From an uncultured Planctomycetales bacterium (GTDB lineage Bacteria > Planctomycetota > Planctomycetia > Pirellulales > Pirellulaceae), in NCBI GenBank assembly GCA_963821085.1, contig CAWGCE010000007.1:344328-408327 (forward strand): a stretch of 64,000 bases of DNA, read 5' to 3'. The position numbers were made by a program, and so were the translations under genes. The notes below the pieces were generated by a model. The model searched no databases and had not been told where the DNA came from. It saw only the letters and a list, made by a program, of their open reading frames with translations. Positions 41,558 to 50,954 of the stretch are shown piece by piece. How positions within the stretch are numbered: the stretch's first letter is position 1; each line of letters begins with the position of its first letter.

Positions 41558-42982
41558 ATGAACGATACCTATCAGAACCCGTTGATTGAACGCTACGCCT
41601 CGCGTGCGATGGCGTCGATTTGGAGTCCCCAGCGTAAATTCGAAACGTGGCGAAAGCTGTGGGTCGCATTGGCCGAATCCCAGGCCGAATTGGGACTGGA
41701 GATCAGCTCGTCGCAAATCGACGAAATGCGAACGCACGTCAGCAATATCGATTTTGACGCGGCTCAGCAGTACGAACAAAAACTTCGGCACGACGTCATG
41801 GCGCATGTGCATGCTTACGGTGACCAGTGCCCGTCGGCAAAACGGATTATCCACCTGGGAGCTACCAGTTGCTTCGTTACCGACAATACCGATCTGATCC
41901 TGCTGCGAGATTCCTTACAACTGGTCGCCAGTCGTTGCGCCGCGGTGATCGACCGCCTGGCCAGCTTCGCTGCCGACCAGCGTGACTTGGCCTGTCTGGC
42001 TTTTACACACTTTCAGCCGGCTCAACCGACGACGCTGGGCAAGCGCGCCTGCCTCTGGGCGTACGACCTGGTACTCGACCTGCACGAAGTCGAACACCGC
42101 TTGGCCCAGTTGAAAGCCCGCAGCACGACGGGTACAACCGGCACGCAAGCCAGTTTCCTGAACCTCTTCCAGGGCGATCACGGGAAGGTCGTCCGGCTGC
42201 AACAACTCGTCGCCGAAAAGCTCGACTTTGCGAGCTCGTATGCCGTGACGGGGCAAACCTATCCGCGTAAGATTGATGCGCAGGTTCTCGATGCACTTTC
42301 CGGGATCGCGCAATCGAGTCACAAGGCGGCCACCGACCTGCGACTGTTGGCGCACCGCAAAGAAGTCGAAGAGCCGTTCGAGACGACCCAGATTGGCTCG
42401 TCCGCAATGGCCTACAAGCGCAACCCCATGCGAAGCGAACGCATTTGCGGTTTGGCTCGTTTTGTCATCAGCCTGCAATCAAGCGCCGCCAACACGATGG
42501 CAACACAGTGGATGGAACGCACCCTCGACGACAGCGCCAACCGGAGGCTCGTCCTGCCTCAAGCTCTCCTTGCGACGGACGCCGTGCTGATGTTGTACGA
42601 AAACGTGTCGAACGGTTTGGCAGTGTACCCGCAGGTGATCCGCAAACACCTGGCGAACGAACTTCCGTTCATGGCCACCGAGAACATTCTCATGGCCGCC
42701 GTGGCCGCTGGCGGTGACCGGCAAGACCTGCATGAGGCGATCCGTCAACATAGCCAAGCCGCCGCCACGGTCGTAAAGCAGGAAGGAAAGCCAAACGACT
42801 TGATGACTCGTTTGGAAAGCGACCAGCGATTCGCGGCGGTCGACCTGAACCTGGCACTGGACGTCGATCAATTCGTTGGGCGAGCTCCGCAGCAAGTCGA
42901 CGAGTTCCTTTCCAACGTGGTGGCTCCGATTCGAGCGAAGTACCGCGATGCGTTGGCCCTGCGAGGCGAAGTTCGGGTCTGA
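41558..42982 (+). CDS. purB: adenylosuccinate lyase
   Basis: [30 protein letters not shown], and [15 protein letters not shown] (fumarate-lyase signature). Confidence 0.95.
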   Translation: MNDTYQNPLIERYASRAMASIWSPQRKFETWRKLWVALAESQAELGLEISSSQIDEMRTHVSNIDFDAAQQYEQKLRHDVMAHVHAYGDQCPSAKRIIHLGATSCFVTDNTDLILLRDSLQLVASRCAAVIDRLASFAADQRDLACLAFTHFQPAQPTTLGKRACLWAYDLVLDLHEVEHRLAQLKARSTTGTTGTQASFLNLFQGDHGKVVRLQQLVAEKLDFASSYAVTGQTYPRKIDAQVLDALSGIAQSSHKAATDLRLLAHRKEVEEPFETTQIGSSAMAYKRNPMRSERICGLARFVISLQSSAANTMATQWMERTLDDSANRRLVLPQALLATDAVLMLYENVSNGLAVYPQVIRKHLANELPFMATENILMAAVAAGGDRQDLHEAIRQHSQAAATVVKQEGKPNDLMTRLESDQRFAAVDLNLALDVDQFVGRAPQQVDEFLSNVVAPIRAKYRDALALRGEVRV

Positions 42983-43324
42983 CGCCAAGGGAAACGTAAA
43001 TCTCGGCAAAGGAAGTGCGACGATACGTTCACCAGGCGGGGCGACGGTGTGGAGAGCAGCGGTACAGTCCGCCGACATGCGTGAACTGCCCTGCCCAACT
43101 CACATGGTTGTTACGTACCATGCACGCCGCTTGCGTGGGCCGGCATGAATTAACTGAGAGTGCTGAGATTTCAACGCGTACATGGCCGCGGCATTTATCG
43201 CAACGCGACCTGAACCATTGGCGTGAATCGTTTCATGCGTCAGGCAATCTCGCCAGTCGTAGCCATGGCACCTTGGGTTGCCTCGCGCCCGCTCCAAGCT
43301 ACCCACATGCGTGTGCATGATTCG

Positions 43325-43846
43325 CTAAATCAAGTCGACCGGCCGTTTTCGTCGGTGAGTTCGACAATCAACGCAGACGCCCTGGACGATCAATCGATGT
43401 CCGGTAACCTGGAACTGATACTGCTCGGAAAGCGCTGCACGCAGCTTGAGCAGTTCGTTGCTTTGAAATTCGATCAGCTTGCCACATTTTTGGCAGTAGA
43501 GATGATCGTGTTGCGGGTAGCCGTAATCGTGTTCGTATACCAGTCGCCCTCCGGGCAAGCTGATCTTGCGCAACAGCCCGGCATCCACCAGTTCGCTGAG
43601 GGTGCGATAAACCGTGGGCCGGCTAACTCGCTGGTCGCCCGCGCGAAAGGCCAGTTCTTCCACCAGTTCGTCCGCCTCGAAATGTTCGTGGCGACTGAAC
43701 ACGGTTTCGACGAGCACCTTGCGCTGACTCGTGACGCGTTTCCCGCGACTCTCCAGGAATTCCTGGAAACGTTCCATCGGCGTTAGTGCAACCTCCACGT
43801 CATTCAGCGAAAAATCGAGACTGTCTGACATGGGCCGAGCCACCAC
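43325..43846 (-). CDS. fur: Fur-family metal-responsive repressor (start uncertain; ATG 43777 possible)
   Basis: RVTSQRKVLVETVF...SRPTVYRTLSELVDAGLL...HDHLYCQKCGKLIEF...GVCVDC. Confidence 0.85.
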   Translation of the reverse strand: MVARPMSDSLDFSLNDVEVALTPMERFQEFLESRGKRVTSQRKVLVETVFSRHEHFEADELVEELAFRAGDQRVSRPTVYRTLSELVDAGLLRKISLPGGRLVYEHDYGYPQHDHLYCQKCGKLIEFQSNELLKLRAALSEQYQFQVTGHRLIVQGVCVDCRTHRRKRPVDLI

Positions 43847-43931
43847 GTGCGATCAAGGAACTGACGTACCTCTGCATTCTAGGTGACGAGAGCTCATTAA
43901 CAAGCGCTACGTGTGCGCGTCATTGGAAGCA

Positions 43932-44210
43932 TCAGGACAGTTCGTCCAACAGCCGACCAATCGCGACATCCAGCTTTTCATTGGTCTCGTAGGCTCCGGC
44001 AGCAATTTGCTGGCGGATTTCAGCTACCCGATCGGTTCTCACGTCCGGCAGCTCGTGCACCTTGCTGACCATGTCGGCCTCGGCCGAGATATCGACCTGG
44101 TCGGCACCGTGGAGCGGTTCCGGCGTTTGTGTTTGCTGGGTCTTCTGAATTTGGCGAGGGCCTTGAAGCGACTGGGCTCCGTGCACCTGGGATGGTCCGT
44201 GAATTTGCAT
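43932..44210 (-). CDS. flgM: anti-sigma-28 factor FlgM
   Basis: C-terminal VRTDRVAEIRQQIAAGAYETNEKLDVAIGRLLDEL is the FlgM sigma-28-binding helix pattern. A GGGGGA Shine-Dalgarno precedes ATG 44210. The ORF opens at 44264. Confidence 0.8.
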   Translation of the reverse strand: MQIHGPSQVHGAQSLQGPRQIQKTQQTQTPEPLHGADQVDISAEADMVSKVHELPDVRTDRVAEIRQQIAAGAYETNEKLDVAIGRLLDELS

Positions 44211-45301
44211 CTGTTCTTTTCCCCCGGTTTGTATGCCTCGGAACCAACCATTGGTCGCTGGCATTAAACCTTAACAAGTTTGATGAGTATGGGCGAAGGG
44301 CCGATCGAGCGAACGCTCTAAGGGTCAAAGAACCAAACTGGTCATTTTTGCCTCGGACTCTGCTCAACCTACGTCTCAGCGTTGATTCCTTCGAGCAGAG
44401 CGTTCCGTGTCGAGGGAGGCGTCCGATGCAGTCTTGCGACAATGCCTGCTTGGTTTTCGAAGTACTCCCTTCATCGACATTTGCGCTTGCAACTCTTCAG
44501 CAATCAATTCGTCGATCGGTCTGTATCGCTCCTGTTGCTTCGGTAATTTACGTTGCGGTTGCGAGTCCGCGTGACTCGGCGGCTTGCCGAGCGATCCAGG
44601 ATAGGACGATTCCTTTCTCCTGTGAACTCACATCCTTGCTATGGTTAGGTACGCCGCCCTGCTCGTGTGGTTCGCTGCGAGCTCTATTTTTTTCGGCGAC
44701 GGAGTATAGGAATGCTGTCACCAGGCTGCAAGCCAAAGGCAAACCAGCGGAGTTATCAACCGCTGAGCAAGGGTCGGGGAGCGATAGCATGCGGCGGAAA
44801 TAAACTTGGGGAGGCGACGCTCACGCGGAGGCGCTTTCCAAACTCACATGCTGCTGCGGCGCGTTCTTTGAGGCGACGCGGTTACTGAAAGGACGACGCT
44901 CCCGAGTTACAAGAATGCCGAATCCGCATTGCGGTGCCTTGGCAGCGCGACGCATTCGCTCGAGTCAGCGACGTTCACACATCCTCCAAACGGCGATCGT
45001 AAATCGACAACTCGCCCTGGTGCCTCGCCCTCCCGACTTCGGCCTGACCTTCATGTCAAACGATCGCGCCGGATCCCACTCGTGTTTCGTGGTGGTTGAG
45101 CAGTCATCATGTTTGAGTCGTGCCTAAACAGATTCAACACTGATGCCAACGCACAACCGGTTGAGCAACTACTTGCAGGACCAAAACGCTGGCGGAATTG
45201 TCCGTAACGGCTCAAAATATCCACGACGGTGAACCTTGAACCAGCATCGCGCGTCATACGTAACAGGGGCAGGCACAGAGAATTGGAAGGAGCGAGGCAC
45301 C

Positions 45302-45529
45302 ATGTTCAAGCAAGAGTCGAATCAGGACAAACCTCCTTTGCTGCTTGTCGTCCTAACCGAGGACAGTGATCCAGACCGGATCGCGGCGAAGTTGCCGGCT
45401 TTTCTCAGGTTCTCCGACGAGGTAACCTTCGGACTTGAAGATCTCGTGGAACGCTGGGAATCCCAGGCGGCACCTGTTTCTCGTTTTGGGAGTGTGCGTG
45501 GTGTGCCGCCGACAACCGTCGGAAACTAA
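45302..45529 (+). CDS. small hypothetical protein
   Basis: GGAAGGAG Shine-Dalgarno 9 nt upstream. The stop abuts the next ATG (TAAATG). Confidence 0.4.
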   Translation: MFKQESNQDKPPLLLVVLTEDSDPDRIAAKLPAFLRFSDEVTFGLEDLVERWESQAAPVSRFGSVRGVPPTTVGN

Positions 45530-46156
45530 ATGGCTGACAAGCTTCGTGTCGTGTACCGTACCGGGGCAGCCCACAAAGCTCACCTGCTCAAGAACATTCT
45601 CGCAGACTACGAGATCAACTCGCACGTTGCCGACCTCAACGTCGCGACAGAACTCGGCCCGAACATTCTCGCAATCGAGGTTCGAGTTCACGAGCAGGAC
45701 CTCGAATTGGCGACTCGCATCGCCGACGCTTTTGATCGCCACGTCGCAGGGCAACGGGAGGATGATCCTGAGGACGAGCTGGATCATGCTGACGTACCCC
45801 GACTGTGGATCGACTGGCCCAAGTGCAAACGTTGCCAAGCGGTCCGCGAAACCAGCTGCCCATACTGCAGCACGATCAGCAGTTCATTCGAATTGGCAGA
45901 TCAGGACTGGTCAGAAGACCACTTGGACGAAAGCGGCGAGCCGGCCTACCCTCTACTGTTGTGTCGTACCTGCAGCGAGCCATTTGAGCCGAAGTTCTAC
46001 CGACTTTGTGCCCACTGCAACTTGGATTTGGGACATGGTGAGCCACCGCCTGAACTGGAATTGCGAACGGCAACGGGGTTGCTCTCACCTGCCATTTTCG
46101 GCTGGCTGCTGATTGCGATCGCGATCTTGATTCTACTAATGGTGTCCACCACGTGA
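45530..46156 (+). CDS. hypothetical protein with DUF2007-like N-domain, Cys4 zinc-ribbon pairs and a C-terminal TM helix
   Basis: CKRC...CPYC and CRTC...CAHC pairs. C-terminal AIFGWLLIAIAILILLMV. Confidence 0.55.
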   Translation: MADKLRVVYRTGAAHKAHLLKNILADYEINSHVADLNVATELGPNILAIEVRVHEQDLELATRIADAFDRHVAGQREDDPEDELDHADVPRLWIDWPKCKRCQAVRETSCPYCSTISSSFELADQDWSEDHLDESGEPAYPLLLCRTCSEPFEPKFYRLCAHCNLDLGHGEPPPELELRTATGLLSPAIFGWLLIAIAILILLMVSTT

Positions 46157-46339
46157 TCAGCGTGACAGCGTTCTGCAAGCCGAGCTGCGTCTGAACGACA
46201 ACAACGGCAGTTGCGTCTGGAATCAAGCGTCCTTGCGCCACTGCAGGAAACCCGACGCGTCGGCGAGCGACGTACCAGAACTCTTTTGACGCATCGCAAC
46301 GAACCATGCAGCAACGGAGACGATCATGCCGCTGGCGCC

Positions 46340-47740
46340 CCTGCGGTTGTGCTGTGCTGTACCCCAAATGAATCGTCGACAATCGGGATTGGGGGAGTCC
46401 TCTCGGACTCCCTCCTCCCACACCACCGGGCATACGGGTCCGTACCACGGCGGTTCGGCTGGTTAAACTTTGGGTTCAGGTTTTGTCAGAAGCAGTGGGA
46501 CGCCCAGTTCCGCCAACACCCTGCCGGGCAAGGCGAAGTTCAGGGCTGGAGAACGGCTGTTGTGCCAGACGCCTTTACGGCTGCCAGCGGTTTGAGCGGC
46601 AAGATCTTTGCCAACTCCTAACTGCCGTAACTCTTGGAACCGACGTTTGCCGGTTTTCCATTGTTTCCAGGCATAACTTCGCAAGCGGCGGTGAACCCAA
46701 CTGTCCAAGTCTCGCAGCACTGAAGGCGTCTGACAGAAGCCGAAGTAGCCTCGCCAACCGATCAGGTAACTGCGCAAGTCGCGATCACGTGGGCCAAGGA
46801 CAAGCCTCGGTTCCGGTTCGTGATCTGGCGGACACGTTTCTTGAACTTCGCTCTTGAGCCGGGCAGCAATGCTACGCTGGCGACGCGTCGTGAACGTAAA
46901 CCCCAGAAACTTACGCTTCCTGGGCCGGTCCACGGCACTCTTCTTCTGGTTGACCTGCAGCCGTAGCTTCGTGGCCAACCACGTCGTCACGCTTTGCAGC
47001 ACCCGCTCGCCCGCTCGTTTGCTTTTGACGTAAATGTTGCAGTCGTCGGCATACCGGGAGAACCGCAGGCCGCGAGACTCCAGTTCGCGATCAAGATCGT
47101 CCAGCAGCAGATTCGACAACAGCGGTGAAAGCGGTCCGCCTTGCGGGGTTCCTTCAAAGGTCCCGCTGAACAGTCCGTCCACACGTCCGGCACGGTCCCT
47201 TCGTGACGGTCATCGGGAAACAGGTTGATGGAACGCAGTGGGACGAGACGTTTCCACTCCACTTACCTGGCTTATCACCAGGGACCGTTCGGGCCTTCCA
47301 TGGGACTACGGTTCGGTTTATCTGTTGCTCCATCTTTCGACGCCGAAGCGGAGCTTCGGACTGGAGTGCCTTAAGACCCTCGCCGGTCTGCATCCATCTA
47401 CTATGCCCTCTGCTGATTTCTGACATGCGATCACGGGCTCTTGCAGACTCGTCAGTCCGAGTCGCAGCAGCAAGGCTGTTCCCTCCGAACACACGCCAGA
47501 CCTCCCAAGTTAGGTTCTACAACTTTCACCACGCACCCGCCGGATTTACAGCACAAGCCTTTGATGGATGGAGGACTTCGTTGCGTTCGGCCAACTCGTC
47601 CCACTTGTACTGCCTACTATCCGATTCCTGTACGTCGAGTCGCGGCTTTGCTACACGCTTCCTTCAGACCCCACCTCGCGATGACGCCCTTGCGCTTCGC
47701 TAATCCTTCACCTCCATCAAGTTGGATAAGGGACTTGCAC
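46340..47740 (-). mobile_element. group II intron (minus strand), boundaries approximate, with internally deleted ORF
   Basis: 5' GTGCA at 47740, followed by about 560 nt of non-coding, structure-rich sequence. The maturase ORF is at 46463-47182. A domain-V-like hairpin GGGAGGAGGGAGTCC-GAGA-GGACTCCCCCAATCCC (GNRA loop, 2-nt bulge) is at 46385-46419. Confidence 0.65.
46463..47182 (-). pseudogene. group II intron reverse transcriptase/maturase, N-terminally truncated (RT motifs 0-3 absent)
   Basis: GTPQGGPLSPLLSNLLLDDLD (RT4), FSRYADDCNIYV (RT5, YADD), and the maturase X domain IGWRGYFGF...WVHRRLRSYAWKQWK. No IPK, GFRP or RT3 motif occurs in any frame upstream. Confidence 0.85.
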
Positions 47741-47770
47741 CCTCAAGTTGAAAAACATGCCTGGCAAACC

Positions 47771-47800
47771 AAAAAAAAGCGTCCCTCAAACGAGGGACGC
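47771..47800 (-). terminator. rho-independent terminator of fliA
   Basis: On the minus strand, GCGTCCCTC-gttt-GAGGGACGC followed by T8. It lies 25 nt after the fliA stop. Confidence 0.85.
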
Positions 47801-47824
47801 TCGTATCAACACAATGTCGTCGTA

Positions 47825-48619
47825 CTAGGAAGAATAGGTCCCAAATTCGGGCCGGCGGCGACCGAGCTGACCCTTGAGACGTGAGACGATGCTACTGTGC
47901 ATCTGGCTCACGCGGCTCTCGCTGAGATCCAATGTCTGACCAATTTCTTTCATGGTCAGCTCTTCGTAGTAGTACAGGATGATGATCAATCGCTCGTTGC
48001 GATTTAAACCCTTCGTCACCAATCGCATCAAGTCATTCTTGTGCACTCGGCGCGTGGGGTCCTCACCTTTCTTGTCTTCAAGGATGTCGATTTCGCGAAC
48101 ATCCTTGTAGCTGTCCGTCTCGTACCATTTCTTGTTGAGACTGATCAGCCCAACCGCGTTGGCGTCCGACAGCATCTTCTCGAGTTCCGGGACGGAAATC
48201 TCCAACTGGTCGGCCAGTTCCTTTTCAGTCGGGTGCCGACCAAGCCTCGTTTCGAGTGCCCGGTTGGCTTCGCCCAGTTTGCTGGCCTTGGAACGTACCA
48301 AACGAGGCACCCAGTCCATCGTTCGCAGCTCGTCAAGCATCGCTCCGCGTATTCGTGGAACACAATAGGTTTCGAACTTCACTCCACGAGTCAGATCAAA
48401 CGCGTCGATCGCGTCCATCAGGCCGAACACGCCGGCTGAGATCAGGTCGTCAAGGTCAACGCCATCCGGCAATCGCGACCAAATGCGTTCACCGTTGTAT
48501 TTGACCAGGGGAAGGTAGATTTCTACGAGCTGATTGCGCAACTGTTTGTTGGACATATCAGCTTTGTAGGTCTCCCAAAGTGCCGCTCGATCTTCTTTGG
48601 CTACAGTACTCGTCGCCAT
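47825..48619 (-). CDS. fliA: flagellar sigma factor sigma-28
   Basis: DLISAGVFGLMDAIDAFD...FETYCVPRIRGAMLDELR (region 2) and LTMKEIGQTLDLSESRVSQMH (region 4.2). The gene lies downstream of flhF/flhG. Confidence 0.92.
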   Translation of the reverse strand: MATSTVAKEDRAALWETYKADMSNKQLRNQLVEIYLPLVKYNGERIWSRLPDGVDLDDLISAGVFGLMDAIDAFDLTRGVKFETYCVPRIRGAMLDELRTMDWVPRLVRSKASKLGEANRALETRLGRHPTEKELADQLEISVPELEKMLSDANAVGLISLNKKWYETDSYKDVREIDILEDKKGEDPTRRVHKNDLMRLVTKGLNRNERLIIILYYYEELTMKEIGQTLDLSESRVSQMHSSIVSRLKGQLGRRRPEFGTYSS

Positions 48620-48893
48620 GAATTCCTCCGTGATAAATTCAATGACCTAGTGGGACATCCATGTCCACGTCGCGGCAGGCGACTGCGCTTTATCATCGTC
48701 TCCGGCTATTGACAAACCAGACTTGTCAAACAAGTTGCTGGTACGTCAAAGCTTCGTCAGATGGCGCAAGTTAACATGCAGTTCCGAAGCGGCGGCGTGC
48801 TTATTACAGCGTCGGCGATTCGGTCCCCGTCGGTTTAACGATTCGATTCGCAATTGAAAACTTGTGTAATTGCCCTCTTCGCGAAGGCACGAC

Positions 48894-49603
48894 CTATCCC
48901 CACGCTGGGGCCAAATTGGCTTGACCTGCTGAGATGCCGGCCAAGATCCACTCAAAAATTTCATTTGTATCGGGTCCGCGAAACTGGCTCGATTCCACCG
49001 GTACCGTTGGGAAGTCGGCCAACATCACCAGAGAGGAAGACAGCGACTCCAGTCCCAGGAATCGCTGGCATGTCAGCTGCAGGCGAGCGACGCCTCGGTG
49101 GCAGCTGCGCGATCCCCAACCTGATTGATCGCAATGTGCAGTTTCCCGCCGACATCCACGTATTGTGCCGACAACTGTTTAATGCACGCGTACGTGTCCA
49201 TCATCGCCAGGTTGTCCGACGTTGTGGCTATCACTATGGCGTCGGATTGCTCACACAGTGATTGAGCGGCAGCCGATGCATCCCAGCTACCGCAATCGAC
49301 GATCAGCATCTGGCACCCGGGTTCCACGCTGGCAACTCGCGGAAGCAAGTTCAATCGATGGCCCACGGCTGAGCCGGTCGCCGCCGGTAACAGTACCACA
49401 CCTTCGCGCCAGGGGATGCTGGCATGCAGCAAACCCTCGCCGATTGACCAATTGGCACCGACACCAGTTATCGCTGCAAGGTCTTCGAAACGCGGTTCAG
49501 CACAACTCAAGACGGTTTGGAATCGCGAGCCTGCGAACCCCGCCAGGCTGGCCGACATAGTCGTGGTGCCGACACCGCCCTTGCTGCCCAGCATGGCCAC
49601 CAC
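48894..49603 (-). pseudogene. flhG: MinD/ParA-type ATPase FlhG, frameshifted as assembled
   Basis: N-terminal VVAMLGSKGGVGTTT (deviant Walker A) and LIVDCG (Walker B) lie in one frame, which stops at 49073. LQLTCQRFLGLESLSSSLVMLADFP... continues in another frame to TAG 48894. Confidence 0.7.
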
Positions 49604-49726
49604 ATAAGGCCGTGGGGCGCCACGTTATCTTCCTGCGCGGTTTGTCGCTTCAGGTGGCGAAGTTGGAATGCCTGGTCTTGCATGATTAAGTTCGATTATG
49701 TTCGCGTCATACTTGTGGGACTGCAG

Positions 49727-50887
49727 TTATGCGGCTGTTGGCAGTCGCAACATCGCGCCCGGAAGGTCCGCGACGCTTGCCTCCTGAATGTCGTCTGGCA
49801 CGTTCTGACCGTTGGTAACGTAACTGATGGGCAATCTCGTACCTCGCAGCAGGGGCAGCAAGTCTCCCAAGCCGACGCTCTCGTCCAACTTGGTCAGGAG
49901 CAACGAAGTAATGCCGACACCGGCAAATTTTTCAGCAGTTCGCTGCAGCGCGCGAGAGCCCGTCGTGGTGCTCAGCACCAACTGGACCTCATCGGGTTGA
50001 GCGGCGGCCATGATCGCCTTGAGTTCCTGGATCCGAATCTCGTCGTGCGGGCTACGGCCGGCGGTATCCATCAGGACAAGGTCGTAGTCGGCCAAAGACT
50101 CGAGCGCGAGCCGCGTTTCGTCGGCGGTCGATACGACGTGCATGGGCAGGTCGATAATGTCGGCGTAGGTTCGCAACTGCTCGACGGCGGCAATTCGGTA
50201 GGTATCGACGGTGACGAGTGCGACGCGTTTCCTTTCTCGCAGCCGGAAATTGGCAGCCAGTTTGGCGATCGTCGTCGTTTTTCCGACGCCCGTGGGACCG
50301 ACGATCGCCACGACCGTGCGTTGGCCAGACGTCAGTCGAATCGGACCAGACACTCGAACGGCATCGCTGATGCAACGATAAACGGCATCTCGCAGCTGTT
50401 CGATATTGGCCATGTCACCGCAACCCTGGCCGGCGTGCTCCACCATCTCGCGTGCCTGCTGTTCGCACCAATCGGCTTCGAGGAGTTCTGTAAACAGCTG
50501 GAAGCAGGCCGGCGACGTACTTCGTCGCTCGCCGTGGTCACCTGCAAGTTCCAAGGCCTGATCTTGCATGCTGCCAATGTTTGGAAACACTGCTTCCACC
50601 ACCAGACCCGTTGCCTTCGGATCGGCGAGGTCCAGTTCGCGACCTGCGAACGGCTCGGGCTGTGGCTCAAATTTCGGCACGCTGGTTTCGTGGAGGCCAG
50701 TTGTCGGATGGTCAGAGAGAACGCCCGTCGAGGCGAAGACTTCGATACGACGTTTTCCCAGAAGACCGCGGAACCATCCGTCCCACACTTCGCGAGTTTG
50801 CAGCACCGCGGCATCCGGACCGAGCTCCTCCTGAACCTGCTGCAAGGCATCACGCAACGTGGCAGCTCGAAACGACTTCATTTCCAT
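49727..50887 (-). CDS. flhF: flagellar biosynthesis GTPase FlhF (SRP-type)
   Basis: VAIVGPTGVGKTTTIAKLA, DTYRIAAVEQL, LMDTAGRS and LTKLDES. Confidence 0.9.
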   Translation of the reverse strand: MEMKSFRAATLRDALQQVQEELGPDAAVLQTREVWDGWFRGLLGKRRIEVFASTGVLSDHPTTGLHETSVPKFEPQPEPFAGRELDLADPKATGLVVEAVFPNIGSMQDQALELAGDHGERRSTSPACFQLFTELLEADWCEQQAREMVEHAGQGCGDMANIEQLRDAVYRCISDAVRVSGPIRLTSGQRTVVAIVGPTGVGKTTTIAKLAANFRLRERKRVALVTVDTYRIAAVEQLRTYADIIDLPMHVVSTADETRLALESLADYDLVLMDTAGRSPHDEIRIQELKAIMAAAQPDEVQLVLSTTTGSRALQRTAEKFAGVGITSLLLTKLDESVGLGDLLPLLRGTRLPISYVTNGQNVPDDIQEASVADLPGAMLRLPTAA

Positions 50888-50954
50888 GTCGGTGTCTTTC
50901 CTTGACTTGAACAGCGGAATTCCTTTTCCGCCTATCCACTTTCGCTGGCTTGGG

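Noticed and set aside
44266-44273. TAAGGTTT (minus strand) as a sigma-28 -35 element for flgM
   Set aside because: No acceptable GCCGATAA-type -10 element lies at the required 11-nt spacing. CCAATGGT and CCGAGG are poor matches.
46340-46384. Domain VI and the exact 3' splice site of the group II intron
   Set aside because: I could not fold a convincing bulged-A hairpin by eye downstream of the domain-V-like stem. The 3' boundary is therefore only approximate.
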